Assembly: GCF_009834535.1 (NCBI RefSeq)
Contig: NC_045706.1
Location: 70,928,001-70,992,000, forward strand
From: Camelus ferus
Taxonomy: Eukaryota
Direction: 5' to 3'
DNA length: 64,000 bases
Below the pieces are notes generated by a model. The model had not been told where the DNA came from and searched no databases. It saw only the letters and a program-made list of their open reading frames with translations. Positions 12,369 to 25,675 of the stretch are shown here, piece after piece. The translations under genes were made by a program, and so were the position numbers. Every line of letters starts with the position of its first letter. The stretch's first letter is position 1.

Positions 12369-12903
12369 AACCATTTTTAATCATACAATTAAATGGCACT
12401 GGTATATTCACAGTGCTGTGCAGCCATCCCCACTATCCATTTCCAAAACTTTTTCATCATCCCAAACAGCTGGGAACATATCTCTTTCGCTGGGGGACGA
12501 TCTACTATCATGTAAAAATAGTGATCTCTCTGCCAGCGAAGGCACCTTGCAGATACATCATGGGTGCTGCTGGAGCTCAGAGGAGGGGTCACCTGGCCTC
12601 CTGGTCCGGTTGAATGGTCAGCACTGCTCACCTTTCCCCTGGTCAGGCTGCTCTATTCCTGGTTACAAGTAGGTGACTGGCCAGGGCAGTGTATGTGCTT
12701 CTCAGCCATTGGTTCCAAAGCCACCTGTCTGTCTATGTTCTATGCAAGAGTGGTGCTTTTGGCCACATGTGACGTTTCCGGGCAGTCAGTTGTCAGACAG
12801 CTCTGAGAGGGTGCTGGGTGCCCGTGAGTGCCCACTCTCTGTTACCTCGTTCCTGACCCAGCCTTTCTGGCTTTACCCTCTGATGTCGGCAGGATTTGGA
12901 GAG

Positions 12904-13335
12904 TGTGTTGGGTCCTTTTGTGTTAATTTTACTGGGCCACAGCACCCAGATATTTGGTCAGACACCATTCTGGATGTTCTAGTGGAGGTATTTTTAGATG
13001 ACATTAATGTTTATATCAGTAGACTTCGAGTAAAGCAGATTGCTCTCCATCATGTGGGTGGGCCTCGTCCAATCAGTTGATGGCCTAAATAGAAAAAGAC
13101 AAACCTCCCTGGAAAGAGAGGAAATTCTGTCAGTAGGCAGCCTTTGGATGTGAACTGCAGCTCTTCCCTGGGTCTCCAGCCTGCCAGGCTGTCCTGCAGA
13201 TTTTGGGCTTAAGGAACCTTCATAATCTCACACAATCAATTCCTTGAAATAAATACATCTCTGTCTGTTGATAGGTGGATAGATAGATAGATAGATAGGT
13301 CTCTTTCTGTATCCCTGTCTACGTCCTATTGGTTC
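12904..13335 (+). mobile_element. MLT2 (ERVL) solo LTR with internal (GATA)n
   Basis: ccagatatttggtcagacaccattctgg...gagtaaagcagattgctctcc...gtgggcctcgtccaatcagttga matches the MLT2B/D consensus as recalled. Confidence 0.85.
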
Positions 13336-14282
13336 CACTGCAGAGGGATTTCTGTTAGCCACCTGGCTCACATGGCCTGCTTGTGTCAGGGGTTCCCTGC
13401 TGTTGACCTCCCTGGACTCTAAACTCTTAGGGGGCAGGGGGCATGGCTTCTTCAGCTTTGCCTCTCTAGATATTTTCCCTGGAGATTGGGCACCAAAGCC
13501 TGGGAATTTACCCTCAAGTTTTTTTTCTCTTATTTGACTTTTAATTTTTTTATGTACTAGTAAATTGCTCCTGACCCGTAACTAGCTGGATTCACTTGAA
13601 AAACGAGGCTCAGAATGGAACTCATTAACTTGAGTGAATTTTGCTCATGGAGTCAAAAACTGGGCAGGGCATTTTGCCCTGTTTATCTGTGCAGTGGCCA
13701 GGATGCCGCTTCCATCCTGTCCAGGTTGGGTGTGCTTATGTCACTGGTCGGAATTGGCTGGGGCACAGGACATCTGTCACTGACCTCTCTGAGTGTCCTT
13801 GAGCAGGTGACTGAGCACTGATCTCTTCCTCAGTCTGTCGAAGGGGTGAGGTGGCCCAGCCTGCCTTCCCAGGTAGGGAAGCAAAGACGACAGTAATTAG
13901 GTGCCTGTAAAGGTGAATCAGACAGCAACTGGAGTAGATTGAACCCTGGCCCTCTCCCCCAGGCACTGCACTGACGTGAGGGGTGCAGACAGCCCGCAGA
14001 ATGCTAGCACCCGTCCCTCCTCTGATCCATCACTTTGAAAGACAGACTCGCCGGGACTTGAGCTTTGTAATGAAACAAAAGCCGGGGGTTTGTAAGGATC
14101 TGTAGCGCTGAGGGTGCAGACAGAGGACGGGGCAGAGAAAAGACTAAGTGCGTGAGCCCTTCCTGGCTGGGGTCGTGCTGAGAGGCAACGTGGAAAAAAG
14201 CTGGTCGTGAAAACCATCAGTAAGGCGATGGCTTCGAGGCTTTGCTGGAACACTGAGCTGATGAACCGAGGGTGGCATGAGG

Positions 14283-14474
14283 CAGCGCCGTCCAGCAGAA
14301 CTTTCCATGATGATGGAATGTCCTGGACCCGTGCCCTCCACCCGGGCAGCCACTCGCCCCACGTGACTGCCGAGTACTCAACCTGGTGCGACTGAGGAAT
14401 TGAATTTTTCATTTTACTTAATTTTAGTTCATTTAAATTAAAGCAGCCACATGTGTCTAGAGACAACAGCGCAG
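14283..14474. mobile_element. MER3 (hAT-Charlie) non-autonomous DNA transposon
   Basis: cagcgccgtccagcagaactttcc...gcgactgaggaattgaatttttcattttacttaattttag...gcagccacatgtg...cagcgcag. Confidence 0.8.
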
Positions 14475-14554
14475 ATGTGGAGCTTTGCTATAAAAAAAAG
14501 ACTCTTCTGTGTACAAGCTTTCACGTAAAGACAGTGGCCTTGCGAGGGACAGAG

Positions 14555-14665
14555 AGCATCACTATCCTTGCAGGTGAGGAAGCCAAGGCTCAGAGCAATT
14601 AAGTAACTTGCCCCAAATCACACAGGCCAATAAACGGCAGACCCCATGCCCTTCGAATCCAGGGA
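14555..14665 (-). mobile_element. MIR fragment
   Basis: gcaggtgaggaagccaaggctcagagcaattaagtaacttgccccaaatcacacag. Confidence 0.75.
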
Positions 14666-15564
14666 TTATGCCCTCACCATCTCCTTTCCAGATGCCATCA
14701 GTGGTGAGTGAACATCAGTTAAACTTTACGGCTCTCACGCGTGGCCGTCCCCCCCAATGCCAGTGACAGCTCCACGCACCTCCTGCCCTTGTTCGGCGTG
14801 GCTTCCATGAGAGCAGACCGTGCCCTCTTGTGCTGTCGCCCCGCTGCTGGGATTACAGCCTCCACCTGCCCCCTGCAGTGCTAACAAGCAAAAGACCCAG
14901 TACTGATGAGAGACTACCCCGTCCCCAGACATGCCCTGCGCCGGCAGTGCAGGAGCCCAGTTCTCTTCTGATTGCAAGAGAAGTTGGGTCGGTGGTCAAG
15001 ACCAGCATAGCTGAGCCAGGTTCCCCATGGAGACCAGGCACCAAAGCCCAGTGACTGTTAGGTGGAATCATCGGCTGGTACATCTTAGTGACCCTCGAGT
15101 CCATCAGTGACCAGCTGTCACCAGTGTCCTTTTGAGAAGGAAGGGGGAGCAATGAACTAGGTCCCACCTCTTGAGGTCTTTGGGCATTTCAGAAGTAGGG
15201 TGCGTGCATCAACCAAGGTGTTACTACTGGGGTCCAGATTCCCTGAGGCTTCCTGTTATGGTGTCAATAGAAAATATACATTATAATCACATCTTAGGGC
15301 AAGATGTAATTCCATAGATTAATCATCAATTTTATTAATATTTATTTATTAATTTACTTATTAATATTTATTTGATATTAATAAATTTTCTTCCCTCCCT
15401 TTCCTAATCGGTGTATGGAAAAGTTGATAAAGCATTGGAACAAGAAAAACTTTTTTTTAAGGAAAAGAGAAAAACTTGGCAACTGAAAGATACCTTTTTT
15501 TTTTCTGCCCTAAAGACACTGGTCAAACAAGCTATTAGCTCAGATAGTAAGAGTCTTTACCTCA

Positions 15565-15984
15565 TCATTCGAAGTGAAGGAAGCCAGAAAGAGAAAGAAA
15601 AATACCCTGTGATGTCACTCATATGTGGAATCTAAAAAAAGAAAACAAGAAGACACTGATGAACTCATCTACAAAACAGACTCGCAGACACAGTAAACAA
15701 TCTTACTACGGTAACCAGAGGGGAAGGGGGTGGGAAGGGATAAACTGGAAGTTCAAGATTTGGAGACACCAACTACTATATATAAAATAGATAAACAACA
15801 AGGTCCTTCTGTATAGTGCAGGGAACTATATTCAATATCTTGTAGTAACCTGTCATGAAAAAGAATAAGAAAACAAATGTATGTCTGTCTGGAGCATTAT
15901 GCTGCACACCAGAAATTGACACATTGTAAATGACTACATTTCAATAAAAAAAAAAAATACAAATAAAATATCTCAAAATAAAGC
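15565..15984 (+). mobile_element. L1 3' fragment with poly(A) tail
   Basis: SEGSQKEKEKYPVMSLICGI remnant, 3'UTR, AATAAA and A-tail. 16-bp TSD with 2 mismatches (AAGAGTCTTTACCTCA 15549-15564; AAAAGTCTCTACCTCA 15985-16000). Confidence 0.9.
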
Positions 15985-18544
15985 AAAAGTCTCTACCTCA
16001 GATTCCATTTCCCTGGTAACAGAAGCTGACCCAGGCCTCTGCTTGCTGGAGGACCTGTTCTCGTGTTATGATGCTCTCGATGTGGGTGGATGAGGGGAGA
16101 GATGTTTTTGAAAAGCCGGTCAGGCAGCAATTACACATTGAAGTGAATGGCGTTTCCTTGGCGTCGTCTTTTGGGAGCACCTCACGCGGTGTATGAATGT
16201 TTGTGGGTGCTCAGTGATGCTGCCTTTCTCAAACTACTGATGGGATTCTTTAAGGCAGGCCTTCAAATCCGCACACGACCATCCGCCAGTCTTCACTGGT
16301 CATAGCAATGGTACGTGGTTAGGATGGGATTCCATCGAAGGTTATGGTTTTTCTCATAGAGTTATAGATTCCTTCATCCAGCTACGGGGTGCAGGTTGAC
16401 CAGCTAAGCCCAGACCAGTGGGTGCTGGACCAGGCTGGCCCTGTGGCACTGGCCTGGCAGGTTGAGCCCTTTCGTGGCCTTTTGATGCCCAGGTACCAGT
16501 TCATTGGAAATTATGCCCCTTAACTGAGACTTCTGAGGTGACTGTTTTTTAATGTTACTCATTTAAATGTTGATCCAATTTTATATTCACTTTAAAAATT
16601 AATTCATTATTTTATAGTAATGAATGCCACAAATTGGGGACCCTCCTTGGACTCTCACTGATGCCTCTTCTTGGCTTCAGTCTGCTTCCAGACTAACAGA
16701 AACAGAAAGACATTCAGTCCTGTACCTCTCCCCTTCTGGCAGTGGAGCAGCTAAGTGTCTGCTCCTTGGGGAGAGACTGGTTGGAACCTGGGAAAATGTT
16801 CTGACTTGCGAGCGTGGGCCAATTAAGTGAAGTAATTCTGAGATGGTCCTGTAACCCCACCACGTGTCACGGGCTTTTGGAGAAATGCATTATTCCCAGG
16901 AGTACAAGAGGCTCTTATCATCTGTAATATGCTTAACACCCTGCATGTGAACAACCACGAACTTAGCTCCGGGCTCTCTCGGGAGCAGGTGCAGGTTCTG
17001 CCTGGGCTGGCGTTTGGGTAATCCTGATTGGGAGGTTCTATAATTCTGTTTAATTTGTCTTGTGCTGATTACATTGGATTGTATGTTTAGCATCAAAAAC
17101 ATAAAAACCTCAAAATAGCTGTAATTCCAACACATAGAAATAGCCCCTTAAGGATATAGTCCTCATATCTATACATAAAGACACAACACGCAGAAAGATT
17201 GTACCACGGTAGCATTCCCAGCAGCAGTAAACGCTCCCAAACCCGCGCCAGTACGGGCGTTCGGGGAAGGAAGGTGTTACTGTTGGTCCACACACACTGG
17301 ACATTGAAATCGCTTTATTTCCCAGAGAATAAAGTTGATGTCATCACCACTCTGCTGGTTTTAATAAGGTGGGGGAGCACCCCCTGTATCAGCCACGGTG
17401 TTTGGGTTCTTTGGGTCCATGGAAGTGAGACTGTTGCGGCAGTGTGTCCCCATGGGCGGCCGGCAGAACTCAGAGATGCCCCAGGGACTCCTGCCCCTGA
17501 TGTGTGAATGCCTCCTCCCAGCCATTCACTCCAACACTGATCTGGAGGTTGCTGTGCAGAGACTGTGGTTTTGCTTGTATGATTGTCCTCTATCCATTGA
17601 TTTTTAAAAAGGCAGGATCCTGGGTGGGCCTGACCGAAAGAGGTGAGCCTTTAAAAGTACCAGGGCTCTTTTGGGCAAAGAGATTTGGAGCCTGAGAGGG
17701 AGTCAACTCAAAGGAGAGTCTCCACTGCTGGCTTTGGGGATGGAGGGGCCGCGTCGGGAGGAGGCAGGTGGCCTCTGGGAACTGAGAGCCACCCCTCGCA
17801 TCCCGGCAGGAACGGGGCTCAGTTCTGTGGCCACAGAGGAGCGCTGACAGAGCCTGGAGGGGGACCCCGAGCCCCAGATGAGCACACAGCCAGCGACACT
17901 TTGACTGCGGGCTGAAATTCCCTGAGCAGAGACCCCTCCAGGCCCTGCAGAACCGTGAGGGAAACGTGGGTCCTGTGAAAACCGCCAGGGTTCTGGTGAT
18001 ACGTAACGCAGCATAAAGCAAAAAGCAGCAACTCACAGTGTGTCTAAATTTGAATGTGGATGTCAGACGAGCTGTGAAAGGAGAGGACGGCTGCGTGCGT
18101 GAAGGTAGAAATCGTCGTTAGCCTGTACTTGCAATCATGTGTCGTTAGAATCTGCCCCAGTTTGGCCTTGAGTTTCATGACCTTGAGGGCATCACCAGGG
18201 TCCGTCCACTCACTACTCTTCACGAGTTTCCAGCCGGCTTATTGCACCTTCTTGATCACTTCCTCCTCCTGCCCCCTGGAGGCTGGTGACCCCAGGTGTC
18301 TGGCTTAGCCCCTCAAGATCCCACACACCCACATGCCATGAGCCTTCCCCTCCCCGATAGCCTGATCCCTGACCGTCTCCGATGTACGCCTTCCTCGGTC
18401 TGTGGCTTCTGCTTGGGTGTCCCTCAGGCACCTCACACTCGGCATGGGGTCCTGGGTCCTGCCCACACTACCTCCGACCACCGCCCCCACGTCATTGCCT
18501 TCATGCTCCTCACTCCCCTTCCTACCCGGGCCTGATTCTCCATC

Positions 18545-18982
18545 AAGCAATGCAGGAATAGGGCTGAGGGTCACAATACTTTAAGGGGCCTACGAAAATG
18601 TTTCTGTTTCTTTTAAAATCTGGCGGGGAGGACATAGCTCAGTGGTAGAGCGCATGCTTAGCATACACGAGGTCCTGGGTTCAATCCCCAGTACTTCCAC
18701 TAAAAAAAAACAAATAAATAAACCTAATTTATAAATTAATAAACCCCCAACAAAATAAAATGATTTAAATAAATAAATAAACCTAATTACCTCCCCCTCC
18801 AAAAAATATTCTTTTAAAAATCAGAAGGAGGAAAAAAACTTGTAAGTTGAAGAAAGTGCTTTGATATGTTACATTAATTTATCTGTATGCTCGCGCAGTT
18901 ATAAAATATGTTAAATATTTTTTCGTGGAGGAAGAGGCCCATGGAAGCAAAAGGGCCCACAAAAGTCACAGTGCAGTCCTGA
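18545..18982. mobile_element. hAT-Tip100 (MER45-family-like) element hosting the SINE at 18625
   Basis: ggggcctacgaaaatgtttc...ttttaaaatc[SINE]agaagg...gaggaagaggcccatggaagcaaaagggcccacaaaagtcac. The family assignment is from memory. Confidence 0.4.
18625..18808 (+). mobile_element. Vic-1-like SINE with duplicated tail
   Basis: GGGGAGGACATAGCTCAGTGGTAGAGCGCATGCTTAGCATACACGAGGTCCTGGGTTCAATCCCCAG. The tail motif aaataaataaacctaatt occurs twice. Flanking duplication TTCTTTTAAAA(A)TC at 18608-18620 and 18809-18822. Confidence 0.92.
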
Positions 18983-21900
18983 CCCGCCTTTGTTTCTAGG
19001 GAAGCGGTGTCTGTGCTGATGGGGCGTGCAGTGCCTTCCCTGTGCCCGGGAGGTGGGAGGGGGCCTCTGTGACATGATCTCACTGGATGTCTTGCTGCTC
19101 CGGTGACTGGGAAGGGTTGCAAATCACTGGTAATTTGCAGCCACTGCCTTGGGCCTCCTCCACCCTGACGGGGGTGAGTTCGAGTCAGGAAGCGCCCCGT
19201 TGCCTTCTGTTACCTGCTTACGTACTTTGGCACGTGTCTTGTGATGAGAGGTGGCCGGTCCCTGAGGGACGTGGAAACGATTCGCTGTTCCCCGGAGGTG
19301 CTCCAGTTCCGTTCCCAGTATTGTCCCAACAGGGACTGTGGCAGGTCCACGCAGCCCCCGCCTGTCACCCCTTCCCACTCCCCCAACCCCGAGGGCACCC
19401 ACGCTTCCAAAGAGAGCAGAGAGGGCGGGGGAGAACCTGTGCAACCGAGTCTGGTCTGGAAATCAGAGGGGTGACGTTTTGAAGGCATACCATGCTTTAA
19501 GGCCCAAGTTACCCGAGGGCCTGGATAACACGCCTTCCCAAACACTGACTTTACTGCTAAAAATGAGTTAGCAAAGCTCTGGCTCACCCAGTGCCTCAGC
19601 TGGTAAAGCTCTTGACAAGAAACCACTAGAAATAAGTAATGCTCTCTGGGTTATTAGCTCTAGGAGAGAAGCAGTGTTCTCTGAATTCAGACACTGGCCC
19701 CTTTCACTGTTAGGACTGAAGCAGGGCCGGGTGATTCTGCTGCTGCAGGTCGCCCTGAGGTGGCCACGTGTGGCGCTGCTCACGCCAGGTCGACCTCCCC
19801 TCGTGAATCGAGGGGTGCCGCTTCCCCGGGAGGGGCGCTGTCTTGTGTGCTGCTTTTGCTGGGGCATCCGAGGTTGGCACGTGTGTTTCTGGGCCATCCT
19901 CTGACACTGACATACACACCTGCTGCATCTGAAGCTCAGAGCCAGGTAAACACTGACGGTGTGCAGGAAACCTCAGAGTCTTGGCGTGGGGAGTTCAGAC
20001 CTCCTGGGGGACCGCTGGGCTTGTCAGTGTCCGGGGAGTCCTGAGTGTAAGTCAGGGCTTTGATGCTAGCAGATCCGTTTTCTAGCCTTTGTAGACCTTC
20101 GTCTTGGTTCTGCCTTGGAAAGCTCTTAACCATTCCACAGCACAGCTCTCTAGCCAGAGAAGAGCTCTTGGGCTCTTCCGTGGTCCTCTGTGGGGTGCTT
20201 TGTCAGGGCAGCCCCACACACGGATCCGCCAAACCACCCCATTTCGCTTTATGCCTTGGAGAATGTGGCCTCCAGGAGAACCGATCATGTGACCAAGAGG
20301 AATGAGACAGTCACCACCCTTGTTTTTAAGGCGGTCACGATCCCTGTTAACTTCTTGGTCGTGGTGTCCGATACCTGAAGCCATCCATCTCTAAGATTTG
20401 AGTGTTTTTGTTTGTTTTCTAAAACTTTTCTTGCTAAGTCTCACTTCTTGCATGCTGTACTAGAGGCAGTTAAGGTTTTAAACTTGGATGCAGGATTTGA
20501 CCTTTCATCCTGTTAAACGCTGCCTGCCTGGGGCTGAGCGGACCAGGGACTGCCTGCTTCTCAGGGAGGACCCTGGAGACCACGCAAGGGTATCGTCAGG
20601 GTTGGGCCGAGAGGTTCCAACAACACACCTTCTGTTCCTGGGGGAGAATCGTGGGTTTGGATGGGGAATTTCCTTTCAGAAGGCACGTGGGACAGAACTA
20701 ACTGACCCTAAGGTATGTTTGGGGACACACAGTGCCCAGCGAGGTTGTGACGAGAGTCCAGGAAGGATGTCTGGGAGAGGGTGTGAGTCGAAGCTGGCCT
20801 TGGGTGTGGAAACCCACGGCTGTGAGCTCTTACTGAGGGAGCGAAGGCCGGTCCTGAGACGTCCTTGCTCAGGCAGAACCACACGGGGCAGGTGGCAGAA
20901 ACTATGGGCTTCTCTATTTCGGTGTTTTACCCTCTTCCCGAGGGACTCCTTCTGGGGGTTGAGGTGGTAAAGGCATAAAGACCTCAGGATGAAATGTTGG
21001 GGTCCTGCCGAGGAATCTACAAAAATTGTTCGGAGCTGTCCAGCCGCTGCCTCCCAGGTGGCGGGGGTGTCAGGTCCGCCCTGGGGACGTCTCGGGTGAG
21101 TTCTCGGGACAGAATTAGCCCTCAAAGAGGAGCTGCTTTTAGAGTTAGACCTGCACTCTCCTGCTCTTCATCTGCCTCAAGAACATCAGATGCTGTATTT
21201 TGCGAGTGATCGTCCAAGGTCACTTGACCAAGTGCCCAGTCCTCACTGGGGTCCGTCTTGGTTTCTCTCAGTCTGCGTGGGCAGTCCTGACCTCAGCATG
21301 TCTGTGCCTCAGAGGACGGTCAGGGTGAGCCTCATTACCCATCAGCCATTGGTCCTGGTCCCTGACAGGCACAGAGGGCGCCGCTGGCTTGTGAAACGCC
21401 GATCACAGAGGCACCTGGAACGCTCCATGAGAAAAACTCCTCTCCTTCAGGGAGGGCAATAATTCCTAACCATATGATAACTCTTCGTGGCTCCCTCAGC
21501 CATAGGGAGGACCACACACTTCTCGGTTCCACTGCCATTTCCTGCGTCTACCCCTCAGGTGATGTCCGTGGGTGACGTTCACGGGACAGAGAGCTTGAAA
21601 ATTTCATCCTAATTCCAGCACATCCTCTTTGCCGGTCCTGGGACCTCAGATGAGTTTTAAATCCCATATCCCATCTCCCCTCTGCAGTATGAAGTGAATA
21701 CTGTCTCTTCTCCCCGCAAGGCAGTTTCTGTAAACAGTAAGGGAAACCATCACTGTGGACGTACTTTGTGAATTAAAAAGCTGTGTTCAAGCGGAAAGTG
21801 CACAGATAAGTTTATCCCTTACAGGTGAGGTAGCCTTTCCTTCCGTTTGTTGTGAACGTAAGTGGCTCCTGTGTTTCAGAACCAGGGATGTGTTTGTACT

Positions 21901-22215
21901 TGACCTCATCTGCCAAGTTCATGACTTGTAACTGTTTGACCTTTTCCTTCTCTACCTTGATGTTTCCAAGCTGAAGGGTCCTGGGCTAAGCCACCAGCTC
22001 TCCAGGCTGCAGGGTCGCCTTGGGAGTGACACGAGGCCTCTGGGCTGCGGAGGTGATGGGGTCGTGATGGTAGGGGGGGACAGAACCAGTGGCCCAAGGC
22101 GGGGTGGCTTTCCCACACGTGCCCAGCCCGTGACAGAAGCCTGTGCTTCCTGGAGGGTTGGGCCCCAGCCTGATAACACCGCGAGCTCCCTGACCCCAGT
22201 ATGTTTCTCTTGAAG

Positions 22216-22396
22216 ATTTACGTCCACCTGAAGGAAGGCGGGGGCCCCGACGGGCTGGACGCGCTGAAGAATAAGCCGCAGCTGCACGGCATGGTGGCCA
22301 GGAGCCTGTGCCGGAACGCGGCCGGGAGGAACTACATCATCTTCACCGGGCCCAGCATCACCAGCCTGACCCTGTTCGAGGAGTTTGAGAAGCAAG
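22216..22396 (+). CDS. PGBD5: PGBD5 coding exon 4, 181 nt, phase 0 to 1
   Basis: tttctcttgaag|ATT TAC GTC ... AAG CAA G|gtttgt. Encodes [60 protein letters not shown]. Confidence 0.97.
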
Positions 22397-22679
22397 GTTT
22401 GTCCAGGAGTGAGCGGGGCTGAGCTCGGCCCCTCCCCCACCGGGAGCCATGCTGGGCGAGGCCGGGGGGCCAGGGATGTGGAGGGCGGCCCAGACCGCGG
22501 GGTGCTGGGGAGGAGGCCCTGCTGCGGGCCTGCACCCTACTGGGCACCAGAGATCGAGAGGGATCCAGGCTCAGGCTCGGGGTCTGGGGGAGAGGTCAGT
22601 GCAGAGTTCTGCCCAGTCTTCCGCGTGCGTCTCTGTGTCCTTTGTTGTAAGGCCAGGGCCACCCAAGGAGACTTCCTAG

Positions 22680-23025
22680 TGTTTTAGTCCCTTCAGGCTG
22701 CTGAAGCAAAGTACCCCTGTGGGGGCGGCTTACAGACAACAGTAGTTTATTGCTCACAGTCCTGGCGGCTGGGAGTCCAAGACCGGGGTGCCAGCGTGGT
22801 CGGGTGAGGCCCTCTTCCAGGTCGCAGGCTTCTCATTGCATCCTCACATGAGCAGGGCAGGCGAGCTCTGTGGGGCCTCTCTTATAAGGGCACTAATCCC
22901 CTTGTGAGGGCACCACCCTCAGGGCCCCAGCACCTCCCCGAGGCCCACCTCCGGGTACCGTCCCCTCAGGCATTAGGTTTTCAACATAGGGATTTTGTGG
23001 GGTCACAGATACTCAATCTGTAACA
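22680..23025 (-). mobile_element. MLT1A-type MaLR solo LTR
   Basis: tgttttagtcccttcaggctgctg...ctcttataagggcactaatccc...ctgtaaca; 5-bp TSD CCTAG/CCAAG. Confidence 0.85.
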
Positions 23026-25477
23026 CCAAGGCATGGCTCCTGCTAAGGCTCTCAGGAAGGCTGAGCTCCCCTCCCATCCTCACCTGTCTGTGAGGCTGCC
23101 CTTCCAGTGGGCAGACGGGGATCGTGTAGACGCGGCAGAGAATGGTGCGGGTTATCAGCACAGCAGCGATGCAGCGGGCCTTGGGGAGGTGTGTGCTCCC
23201 CTCAGGGCCGAGACGCCTGACTGGTTTGTTGCAAAGATCAGGCAAGCCTTCTGTGGCCCTGGCAGAAACGGGGCCGTAGAACCAGACCCCAGCCGAGCCC
23301 AGCAGCCCGGCAGCAGACTGCACCTCCTTCACCTCATCCTGCGTTTGGGATTTACATCCGTTCCTCTCAAGAGAAACACAGGAAGCCCCCACTCAGCTCC
23401 TCCAGCCGCCGGGATTGCAGACCTGTTGCTTAGCAACGGATCTGATGTCTGGCCTTAAAAGCCAGCCCTCTCGCATAATGGGGAGCCAGCAGCTTTGACC
23501 TGTGGCCTCAGCAGCAGCGATGAGGAAGCAGCCCCTGGACCCGGGGCTCCTGCTGGCCTGGGCTGCGTCTCACCCATCGGCAAGTCTGACCCCAGCAGGG
23601 CTCAGGGTTTAAGTGTTGAGAGAACTCAGTGTGGAGAGATCAGACTATGTGAAGAGGGGCCGTGGAAGTCAAGCTGGAGAAAACCAGCCCTAATGCACGT
23701 TAACCCAGCACGGGGGTTCCCGTGTTAGAGCGTCTGGTGAGAGCCAGGGCCACCCTGCCCCCTCGCCTGCTCACGCAGGCCCCAGTGGGAGTGTCGCATG
23801 CCTGGAGTGAAGCCAGGGGTTCCCAGAACTTCCCTGAGAGCACTTGTGTGCCCTGTGGGCCCGCTGCCTGCCTCGCACTGCGTGTGCTCCGTCACCTGGA
23901 CCGAGAGGCGGGCGGCGTGGTCAGGAGCGGCTTACAGCAGGTGTGTGGGGTGGGGCTGGCAGGGTGCAGAGGAAGGATGCCGGCGGCCATCACTGCTGTT
24001 CCCGAGAGCTGGGGCGTGCTGGCCTGTGTTCTGGGAAGAGGGAGACCCTTCCCTGCCCAGGGAATTAGGGGAGGGTGGAGGAGAATCTTCTAGTAGAAGA
24101 GAAAAATTAGACATGGAGTTTGAGTTTTTCCAAGAGCAGACGAAGATTTCATTGCCTGTTTGTTAAAAGCATGTAAGGCGAGGGATCCCTCCCACAGGGC
24201 TCCCGGGCTTCCCCTGCGATGACAAGCACGCGGGGAGGGGCTCCTGTTCATCCCCCACGCAGAGGGCCGCGCCCACCCCCAGGGACTCCGCGGGCCTTGT
24301 CTGGGCTGGTGCCCTGGGGGGTGCTAATGAGCAGCTAGGGTGGAAGACGGGGTCATGTGAGGGTCTGGCTGTCCCTCCTGCTTTGTAAAATGACAGCCAG
24401 GAAAGGCATTCACGTCCGCATCGCTGTTCTCAGAAGTTAGGAAAATGCAGCTGCTCTTTGGCAGGCTGTGTTCCCCGAGCCTGATGGGTGATTTAAAACA
24501 TCTTACCCTCTTTCGTCTAATCCTCTTCCTTGTTTTAAAGATAGGTGGTTCCTTTTAAATCTCAAAGCCAGCGGAGTTTGGGTGGTTGGATCTGCGGAGA
24601 TGCGAGCCCTCTTCTTCTGGGCGACAAGGCTGGGTGTGCCCCCAGTGGGTCTTACCCCGCACCCGCTGCTGCTCCCCCGGCCAGGAGGAGGACAGGGCTG
24701 CATCAGATGGTCCTTCCAGCATGTGGGTGGGGATGCAGTGATGAGGAAAGCGCAGGTGTGGAATGTGGAATGTTTCCAGTCACTGCCGATCGTATCAGTG
24801 AGCCCGGGGGCTGCCGTCAAAGTGCCACCTCACATCCCCTCCAGGCGTGGGGAGAAGTGGGGGGCCCCACGAGCAGGGAGGGCTGAGGAAGTCCTTGACT
24901 CCAGGCAGAATTTAGAGAACCTTCCTTGTTCCTACTGGTCCTGCCCCTGTAGGACACTCTGGGCCCCAGAGGCCCCTCTCAGGGTCCTCCCTCAGGAAGC
25001 TCCACCACCCACTGGCGCTGCCCAGGCAGGACCCGTGCGCAGTGCACGGCATGTGATGGTTCACCCGCCCGCATCTCCCCGGCTCCACGCGGTGGGGCTG
25101 CCCCGGGTGCCTGAAGACAGCGAGTCTTGGTGAGAGCATCGGGGTGAATGACTGCGGTGAGATTTAGACAAAAGACAGACCTGTGCTTATAACACCTGTC
25201 TCTGCCCGCCCGGCTGGGAGTCTGCAGTCCCTGTGCATGACGTGAGCAGATGGGATGCTGGGTGCACAGGCTCAGCGCTGCTGCTGGTCATTACCGTCCA
25301 CTCCCTGCTTGTGTTATGACTTCCAGAGGCTGGGGGAGACCGCACATCTGGGGTGCAAGCCCCCTGACTTCAGCATCTCTCCCAGGGGAGCTCGCAGAGG
25401 GCCGGTCCCCGCAGCGCGGGGCGTGCGCGGGGCCGGGCAGCCGCTCTGAGGGCACGTGCTGTGCTGTGTCCCCGCAG

Positions 25478-25675
25478 GGATCTACTGCTGCGGCCTGCTC
25501 AGTCCCCGGAAGAGCGACTGCACTGGCCTGCCGCCGTCCATGCTGAGCGACCCGGCCTCGCCGCCCGCCCGCGGCCAGCACCAGATCCGGACCAAGGGGA
25601 GCATGTCTCTGATCTGCTGGTACAACAAGGGGCCCTTCCGCTTCCTCACCAACGCCTACTCACCCGTGCAGCAAG
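25478..25675 (+). CDS. PGBD5: PGBD5 coding exon 5, 198 nt, phase 1 to 1
   Basis: gtccccgcag|GG ATC TAC ... CAG CAA G|gtgggt. Encodes (G)[65 protein letters not shown]. Confidence 0.97.

Noticed and set aside
18625-18700. Functional tRNA-Ala(AGC) gene
   Set aside because: It has intact A and B boxes but an altered acceptor stem, an A-rich SINE tail, a flanking duplication and eight related diverged copies in the window, so it is a SINE.
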